64,000 nt of DNA from the human T2T-CHM13v2.0 reference genome, Homo sapiens: assembly GCF_009914755.1 (NCBI RefSeq), contig NC_060932.1; one strand, 5' to 3'. The position numbers and the translations under genes are program-made. Below are positions 55,130 to 64,000 of this stretch, piece after piece. How positions within the stretch are numbered: position 1 is the stretch's first letter; each line of letters starts with the position of its first letter. Under the pieces are notes generated by a model, which saw nothing but the letters and a program-made list of their open reading frames with translations, ran no database searches and had not been told where the DNA came from.

Positions 55130-56025
55130 ATGGATGAGTGAGTGAATGAGTGCAGGAGGGAATGATCGAGTGAGTGAATGACTGGATGAGTGACTGAGTT
55201 ACTGAGTGAGAATGAGTGAGTGAGTGCATGAATGAGTGAGTGAATGAGTAACTGAGTGAATGAGTGAGTGGGTGAGTAAAAAAGTACATGAATGAGTGCA
55301 TGAATGAGTGACTGAGTGAATGAGTGACTGAGTGAGGAAAGGAAAGAGGGAGGGAATGAGTGAGTGAGTGATTGGATGAGTGACCAAGTGAGTTACTGAG
55401 TGAGAATGAGTGAATGTGTGCATGAATGAGTGAGTGAATGAGTGAGTTACTGAGTAAATGAGTGAGTGAAAGAGCACACAAATGAGTGACTGAATGAGTG
55501 CATGAATGAGTGAGTGAATGAGGGAGGGAGGGAGTGAATGAGTTCATGAATGAGTGAGTGAATAAGGGAGGGAGTGAATGAGTGAGTGAGTGACTGAGTG
55601 AATGAGTGGGTGACTGAGTGAAAGAGTGAGTGACTGAATGAGTGGGTGACTGAGGGAAAGAGTGACTGAGTGAATGAGTGGGTGACTGAGTGAAAGAGTA
55701 CATGAATGAGTGAGTGAATGAGTTCATGAATCAGTCAGTGAGTGAGTGAGTGCATGAATGAGTGAGTGAATGAGGGAGGGAGGGCGTGAATGAGTGAGTG
55801 AATGAGTGCATGAATGAGTGAGTGAATCAGGGAGGGAAGGAGTGAATGAGTGAGTGAGTGACTGAGTGAATGAGTGGGTGACTGAGTGAAAGAGTGAGTG
55901 ACTGAGTGAATGAGTGGGTGACTGAGTGAAAGAGTGAGTGACTGAGAAAATGAGTGGGTGACTGAGTGAAAGAGTACACGAATGAGTGAGTGAATCAGTG
56001 AGTGAGTGAGTGCATGAATGAGTGA
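55130..56025. repeat. Degenerate (TGAG/TGAA)n tetranucleotide tract
   Basis: About 900 bp of gagtgagtgaat variants. Confidence 0.95.
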
Positions 56026-59000
56026 AAGGCACAATCAGGCTTGTGCCTTTTTTTGTGCTGAAATTAGTTTTAAGCAGGTGAAACTCCCTACAGCTTCAAG
56101 AGGATGAGGAGATATGTTTTGTTCTGTTTGCTTGAAACAATAAAATACATAAAAAATGAAGCACCTCATCCACTGTCTCAGGCAGCGAGAGCCTGCCAGT
56201 CCCCAACAGCCCCAGGGTGCAGAGGTGAGGAAGGCTTTCTCACCTCCGCGGTCACCAGGAATCGAGGTTCAGTAGAATCACCCCATCTTGAAGGCCGCAG
56301 CCTCAAGGTCCAAGTCTTCATTCCCCAGGTTGAAGACATGAGCTGGGGACCCCCATGGCTGTGGGTGGAGGGCGAGTCCTGGACGTAGTGCTTCATTCTG
56401 TCTTTTGAAAGGGGTGATGTTAGAAAGTGAGTTCTGGCAGCTGTGGGGAGGAAGAAGTCAAGCCCTCTGTGGGGTCAGGAGCTTGGAAAAAGGACCCTGA
56501 AGAGTTAGACCTGGAGTGGCCAGACCTAGGCAGGGATGGAAGAACGGATGTGGAGCCCAGGAGGAGCAGAGAGCACGCCATGAGGGAGGGGCCGTGGTGA
56601 GGGGCACCCCTGGGCGCCCAGTGCTTGGTCCTGCAACACCTTACGTCTCAGGGCGTTTCCCCACCCCCTGCTCCACTGAGAGCCTCCCACCCTGGCCTCG
56701 TTTCCTCCACCGAGCTGTGCATCCTCAGGGAGAGAGAGCAGAAGAGCCGCTCCTCTTTGGAAAACTGAGAAGCTCTCCTCCGAGTCAGTGCTCTCCCCAT
56801 CCACCAGCAAGGGGCCCCTCCATCCGAATGCAGGCACACACCTGCTAAAATGCACCACACAGCAGAAGGGCCTCCCGTTTCTGGCTAGGAGAGCCCTGCC
56901 TGTGGCAGGCAGCAGCATTTGCAAGCCTCTCTGCAGTTACGCTTGGAGTTTTGGTGTGGTGGAAATAGGCAAGAAGTCGATGTGCAGCTGCTTGTTGGAT
57001 TAGGGATCACAAATGTGTGTTTATTTTCCAAAAACAAGACATTGGCATGATAGTGTGGCCCTGGGGGCAGGGTCATGGAATAAGACAGAGACTGGGGAGC
57101 CTTGCACAAAATAACCATCCCCCACGGTATGTTGTTTGGACCTGGGAACTTTCTGGAGCAAGTGCTCATCGTCAGTAACACACACTAACTGAATTTCACT
57201 CAAGGCAGATTTGTGGACTATTTTGTTGAAATGACATCTGTAGAAAAATTTAAAAGTGATTAAAACTGATGGCTGCTGCCGGATGATGGAGTCTGGTGCA
57301 TCTCAGACAGCCCTTATTTGGAACAGTCTGTGGGCATGTCTAGGTTATTGAGTGTTACGCTTCTGTGTTATGTGACTTGTCCGTACCATTTAGCCTCCCA
57401 ATTGGACACGGAATCGAGTTTGCTAGCGTTCAGCCCTAACTGGAATGGCGACTGCTCCCAAATTGCATTCTGGCCCTAATGAAATCTGTCTGCTTCATCC
57501 TCATCTGCCAGGACACAGCACATTAGCTCTTATGGGTTTTGTTGTTTGTTTTTGTCTTCAGATTGTCGGTTCTGTGGCTGTGGCAAACCGAGTGGAGGTT
57601 TAAGATGGACTTTTAAATACAAATTATGAAGGGAAAAAGCAAGTCACTTCATGTATGCTTGTGCATTTACAAGGCACATAGAACAAAGCTGACATTTATA
57701 TAACGTTTGAGTTTCATAAGAGCATGGCTGTGGTGACTGTCCAGTTTTTAGATGAAGAAATTGAGTCTCATCCAACCTTGATCAGCTAATAAATGACCAC
57801 GTGGTGATTTCGGCCCAGACACCCTTATGTTCCTAGTAGACTTGAGCTCAAGTCATATAAATTTGGTTCTCCCTGCCATGGACAATGGTTCTTGAGTAAA
57901 TTATGGAGTCTTTGAGATTTGTTTTTCTCAGGCTCCAAATATTGTGATAATATATAAATTGTACAGTGATTCTGCAAACCATATCGAACCCATGTTAGAT
58001 ATTTGCATTCTAGTCACTGTCTTTGGCTACTGGAAATGATTGTATGTGTGTGCACATCAGCATTCAGTGGATACTGAGCGGCATCTGGATATTTAGTAAA
58101 ACACATTCTCACGCCAGTGCCCGTGCTTCTCCCTCTGCGTGGCTAAGATGAGACCAACTCTGCTTGGAGGGTCCTGTCCATCCCAGGCCCTCCCGACCGT
58201 GTGTCCTCCAGCTAATTCCGAAATTTTGAGTGCCAGGATCTCAACAACGAGCCACAGATAGGAGCCTGTGGTCCCTGCCGTGAAGGAGCTGGCAGTCCAG
58301 GAAGGGATACGAAGGCTTGGCTTTCACATGTGATGTGCTAAGGTGTCAGAAGGGAAGAATATTTCAGCTGCAATTGGGAAGAAACAGAAGGGGCTTCTGG
58401 AAAATGAGCAACGCTGTCCTGGAAAGTGAAGAACACCAAAGTTAGCTCAGCTTTACGCAGCGGCATGTCCCATCCTACGCCTGAAAACCAAAAAGCATAG
58501 AACCCTTGTCTACTTGGAAATCTTAAAAAAAAATCTAAACATGTGCTTTGTGTGCCAAACAGTAGCTCCAGGTTCACTGACTGCCCGAAATTCAGTGTTT
58601 TGCGAGACAAGTTCATTAACCTGCTGCTGAAAGGGCCTTTGCAATTCAAGGTTGGATCCATCAGAAAATAGAATATGGAACTGATAAAGCTCTCTTTTCA
58701 AGTCAATACTTTATTTCCTCTCCAGGAAGAGACTTTCGTTAGAGAGGCACAAGCTGCATTCTCTGACCCTGATCCCCTTGTTTAACGGTTCTGACGGCCC
58801 TGAGCCTGGCTCTCCCCATGCACCTTCCCCATGGACACCACCTCTTGCCTAAACTAGATTAAATGTTCCAGACCCCAGAAGAAAAGTCCAGAACTCATTG
58901 TGGGCCTGGGATCCGTATGCACTTGCCTGCCTGTAAGAAGCCAGCCTGCGGGCCTGGCCCAGCTGGGATGTCAGCATCCTGGGGACCTGGCCCTGTGCTG

Positions 59001-59544
59001 CCTGTCACAGTGGGTTTTGTGCTCAGCAGGTGATGGCCCCGGCAGGGCCGCCCATGGCTTCCTTTGGGGGCACAGAGCAGGGGAGCATGGGTGGGGTGGG
59101 GATCCTAGACCAAAGGGGCGTGGCTGGGTTTGGGTCTATCCTCCCACACCTGCCCTGGGAGCCTCGGTTTCCAGTCTGCAGGAGGAGGAGGAGCTCCCAG
59201 CTGCTTCGCAGGAGCAGGAGGTGTGGGCCATTGCTGTTGGCTGCATGTGAAGGAGGGGCCTTCTCCACTGAGAGCTCTCTCTGCCCCTGGAGTGCTGGGC
59301 ACGCTGTCCCCATCTCTGCTTCCCAACATACCATGGGCTATACACCTGATGAACATGTTAGTGATTATCTGACGAGATCAGTGGTTCATCAGCTATCGAT
59401 GGGGTGTCCACAATGGCTGAGGAGAAGAACAGCTGCAGGCCCCCACCCCGGAGCTCATGGTTCACAGAGGGAAGAAGATGGGAAAATGCTGGGGCACACG
59501 GAGGGGAGCGATGCAATCGGGGAACCCAGAAAGTATTTGGGGAG

Positions 59545-61085
59545 CAGGAGGAGGTTCACTCCGAGTGGTTTCCCGTGTTCTTCACCCCTCGCACTGGCGT
59601 GGTGCATCTGTCACAATTGATGAGCCAGGATTGATGTGTTAGTGACTAAAGCCATCCTTCATCCTTCACGTCAGGGGTCACGCTTGGCATGGTCCACCCT
59701 GTGGGTTTGGACGAGTGTTTAATGGTGTGGACTCCCCACTGCCACCTCACACAGAGCAGTTTCCTTGCCCTAAAAATCCTGCGTGCTCCCCCTATTCATC
59801 CCTCCCTGCCCCCAACCCCTGGCAAACACTGACTCTTTCGCTACCTTTGTAGTTCTGCCTTTTCCAGAATGACCCATGGATTCAAAGAGTGTGAAGGCTT
59901 TTTCATGGCTTGGGAGCTCATTTCATTTTAGCACTGAATAATATTCCACTGCCTGATGTAACGGTTTACTCACCTCCTGAAGGACATCTTCCAAGTTTGG
60001 GCAATTGTGAACAATGTTGCTATACACATCTGTGTGCGGGTTGATGTGTGGATGTAAGTTTTGAGCTTCTTTGGGTGAATACCTGGGGGCGTGATTGCTG
60101 GACTGCATGGTGAGTGCCTAGTTTTGTAAGAAACCACGAAACTGTCTTCCAAAGTGGCTGCACCGCTTTGCACTCCCACGGGTAATGAAAGAGTTCCTGA
60201 GGCTCCGCGTCCTCGCCGGCGTGTGGTACTGTTGGGGTCTGGATTCTGGCCGTTCTGTTCGGGGTGTGGTGGTGTCTTGTTGTTGTTTTAATTTGGAATA
60301 CTCGGGCGGGAGGTGATATGGGGCGTCTGGTTTGCACACTTGTTTTAATTTGGAATACTTGGGCGGCAGGTGATATGGGGCATCTGGTTTGCACACTTGT
60401 TTTAATTTGGAATACTCGGGCGGCAGGTGATATGGGGCATCTGGTTTGCACACTTGTTTTAATTTGGAATACTCAGGCAGCAGGTGATATGGGGCGTCTC
60501 TGGTTTGCACACTTGTTTTAATTTGGAATACTCGGGCGGCAGGTGATATGGGGCATCTGGTTTGCACACTTGTTTTAATTTGGAATACTCGGGGGCAGCT
60601 GATATGGGGCGTCTCTGGTTTGCACACTTGTTTTAATTTGGAATACTCGGGCGGCAGGTGATATGGGGCATCTGGTTTGCACACTTGTTTTAATTTGGAA
60701 TACTCGGGGGCAGGTGATTTGGGGCGTCTCTGGTTTGCACACTTGTTTTAATTTGGAATACTCGGGTGGCAGGTGATATGGGGCATCTGGTTTGCACACT
60801 TGTTTTAATTTGGAATACTCGGCAGCTGATATGGGGCGTCTCTGGTTTGCACACTTGTTTTAATTTGGAATACTCGGGGGCAGGTGATTTGGGGCGTCTC
60901 TGGTTTGCACACTTGTTTTAATTTGGAATACTCGGGGGCAGGTGATTTGGGGTGTCTCTGGTTTGCACACTTGTTTTAATTTGGAATCCTCGGGTGGCAC
61001 GTGGTGTGGAGCATCTTTGGTTTCCACGCTTGGCATCTGAGTGTCCTCTTCGGTGGGGTCCACTCAGACCTTTCGCCCATTTTTC
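59545..61085 (-). mobile_element. Old L1M fragment containing an internal VNTR
   Basis: L1M-like segments tgccttttccagaatg, gaaactgtcttccaaagtggctgcacc and cagacctttcgcccattttt. Confidence 0.7.
60283..61005. repeat. Minisatellite, ~57-bp unit x~12.5
   Basis: ttgttttaatttggaatactcgggcggcaggtgatatggggcatctggtttgcacac repeated. Confidence 0.95.
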
Positions 61086-63281
61086 CCAGTTGGGTTTGAT
61101 GCACCAGCATCCTGCCATATAACAGTCTGGTTCTGATGCTTGTTCTGTTTCTTCAAGCTGTGTCTTCTGTGTTGAAATATGCCTTGTGGTAGTTTTGCTG
61201 AAAGCCGAAACAGCTGAGTGCATGGGGAAGCTGGCAGGTGTGCAGCAGCCGGGGCCCAGGGCATCACACCCACAGGGGCCTGGGGGACCTCCTTTTGCTC
61301 AGAGCACGGGATCCACAGTGCTGGGGCCAAGGCCAGTCAGAGCCTCACGCACGGGTGCTGGGTCATCACCATGCCCGGGAAGCTGGGCCCCCGGCCATCA
61401 GCAGATCCTTTACTTCCTTACGTCTTGGTTTTCTCCTCAGTGAAGCAGGACGCACAGGTTTCCTCATGTGGCCATTGCAAGGATTTAAGGGGACGCCTGT
61501 AAAGTCACCAGCAGAACCTGGGAGCTGAGTGGAGGAGCTTCTTTTTCAGCAGAAAGAGGGAGAATGAGTTTTCAGGATCAGGAGACGGCAGTGACCTGCT
61601 GTGTAAACTTTCAAATTATACGCGCCAAGTGGTTCTAAATAAATGAATCAGGTTAATTAGCAAACAACAGCCATTTATTCTCTTTAATAGCCTCATGGGA
61701 TATCAAGAGGCTATTATATGATATGATATCATGCATTTTGGCATGAAAATTAGGGAGTAGCTCTACATTGCTAAAGGGATGCAGCTTTTTACCTGGGTGA
61801 CGGATGTATATGTTTTAAAGTAACTTAAATGCATTACCCTTTGCTCTTCACGTCAGCCACATAAACTAAGGACCAGGGGCAGCTGGAGACTCACTGGTCA
61901 GAACCAGCAGCACTGGGGTCACACCCAGGCTGGGAACCTGCAGACGGCACTGCCCGTGCGGCATCTCCTGGGACCTGGGAGCTTTCACGCCACGCGTATG
62001 ATAAGTTTTGGGGGGCGGGAGTGAGGAAAAGGCCCCCCTCTGGTGGTCCGGGCCCATGGTCCTGCCAGGGGCCCACAGCATGAAGACGTAGCTCCCTCAC
62101 ACACACGTTGAATTTGGATTTGCTTGTCTGGCTTCTGCTGGGGCGCAGGATGTGGGGATGGAAGGACCAAGACACACGACAGAGAACAGCGTCACGGGGT
62201 CACCGTCCCACTTCCCACCCCGCGCCTCACAGCACAGACGGGGGATTTGCCGGCCTCACGCCGGCCGAGCCACTGCTGACTTCACGCAGCCCCAGCCATG
62301 CCCCCAATCAGACACACGGAGCCCCAAGGCGGGCCAGATCTCAGGGCCGGATGGGGCTGTGGAGCTGTGCCTTAGACGGGGGGGAAGGACTCCCTGCCCC
62401 AGGCCGGCACCGCACAGTCCCTGGGTAGAAAATTGAGTCCTGTTTGGAGGACAGCTGCTCCCACATCTGGGGGCCTCTGGATCTGCAGGGCAGGGCTTTG
62501 GTGGTCCATAAACATACCCCGAGGAACACTCGTGGAGCCGTCTGCATTTTATTTTTGTCAATTATGGCACTAATCATGTCCTTTTACTAGAGATCCCGCA
62601 GTGTCTGTGCTCCTTCGTTACATCCCTAAAAGACAAGCTCCCGAGGGCCATCCATGGTGGCCTCCCAGCAGTTCCTGCACGTCACAGCATTTAAAAGAAA
62701 TCCAGTGAATAAAACAGTTCAGCTTCAATTCAGTAACCGCATAGAATTTCACTTGTGAATTGAAAAGTTCAGGGCCTGAGATAATCTTAAGCTGCTGGAT
62801 CTGTGGGGAAAACAAACATCTGAGGTCCAGAATTCGTTTGGAGACTCTGCCGCAAGTCCGGATTCGGCATCAGATCAGCTGTGCTGTGTGTGCTTCCAAA
62901 GACGTTTCTGATCTGCAGGGACGTCGTCCCGTGTAAGAGTTCAGCGGTGCCTCCACTCTGGACGGCAGAACTGATCCCCAGACGGGGCTGGCCTTGTCTT
63001 TCAAGCAGAGACCAGAGTGGGCTTTTAAAGGGGAACATCTTCAGGGTGTGCGTCGGGGTCAGCCTCATGTTCCCAGAGCCCATCTGAGAGGCCGGCAGGG
63101 AGGAAGGGACCCTGTTCCTTGCTGTCTGTTGTCCACCAATCTCCTTAGAAGGTTGTCTCTTTAGGGGACAACACAGACCCTCACCGGTGCTGACTGGGAG
63201 GAAGGAGCCTGGCTACCCCCAGCTGTGCTTCCAAGCAGTGTGAGTCACATTTAGCGTTGTTTGCAGAACTGAAATGCTCCC

Positions 63282-63503
63282 TGTAGAGTCAGCTTGGGCA
63301 GCCCTAACTAAGGAGCCCAGACTGGGCGGCTTAAACAACGGACGTTGATTCTCCCATGTCCTGGAGGCTGCAGTTCAAGACCAAGGTATGGCAGAGCTGA
63401 TTCCTGCTGAGGCCCCTCTCCCTGGCATGCAAACCCCATCTTCTCCTTGTGTCCTCACAGCGTCATCCCTCCGTGCGTTTTTGTGTCCCCATATCATCTT
63501 CTC
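63282..63503 (-). mobile_element. MLT1-family LTR fragment
   Basis: cagactgggcggcttaaacaac...ctggaggctg...tcaagaccaagg...cttctccttgtgtcctcaca. Confidence 0.8.
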
Positions 63504-64000
63504 AAAAAAATAGATCCTGGAGCTCTTTCCATATAATCACATAAAAAACCTTCTCATTGCCTTTCCAAGGGTACAAGTGACGTCACACAGTGAGAGGGAC
63601 ACAGTCATCGGACCAGCTTACAGTCTTCCCACCGCCTTGCCACAGACCTGGGCTTTCTGTGAACATCTCAGGTCCTTCCGTCTGCATCACTCTTACCACC
63701 CGTGGGTTCAGCATCTTCCCACATGATCCTGGGACCTTTTAGCGCTGTGTTCTGCTAACCCTCCTGCACACCCTTGGCCATTTGTCCCCGGTTATTTGTT
63801 GGTATTTTTCTTCTTGACTTCTTGGTGGTTTTGCGGGGAGATTGTCCTTTTGTGGATGGCGGAGCAGCCAATCCTTTCCCTGGCTTTCATTTGCCTTTAC
63901 TTTGCTTCCATTGTTTTCTTTCTGTTCAGAAGTGCTGAGTGTGCTCAAATTCCTTGGTCCTTTTTGTACAGCTTCTGGATTTTCAGCTGTTGTTAGGTCT

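Noticed and set aside
54382-56034. Cys/Val-rich and His/Ser-rich ORFs
   Set aside because: Translations of the CA and TGAG microsatellite tracts.
57538-57600. Strong-looking acceptor ttttgttgtttgtttttgtcttcag
   Set aside because: No convincing donor at exon distance (GAG|gtttta is weak).

Overview
Human (primate) genomic DNA, GC-rich and subtelomeric in character. The window lies inside the very long 5' introns of DLGAP2 (SAPAP2, a postsynaptic scaffold, chr8p23.3), which is transcribed on the + strand. The only protein-coding feature I can support is one 66-nt internal exon at 39916-39981 encoding (E)EEAGDLVQPGISFPGPAEEDL(D). The rest is intron: nine Alus, L1 fragments, solo LTRs (MER21, THE1, MER4, LTR12, MLT1), DNA-transposon relics (MER44, MER53), MIRs, CpG-rich patches and about 15 minisatellites/VNTRs. 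Nearly all long ORFs in the track are by-products of these repeats. I see no evidence of a new self-contained biological system. The leads most worth testing are regulatory: an antisense LTR12 carrying a CCAAT array and a perfect CRE, a candidate 40-nt cryptic exon, VNTRs that multiply STAT or splice-donor motifs, a TDP-43/RBFOX-type RNA tract, and an L1 with apparent serial 3' transductions inside MER53. Gene and repeat-family names come from remembered sequences, not from searches.
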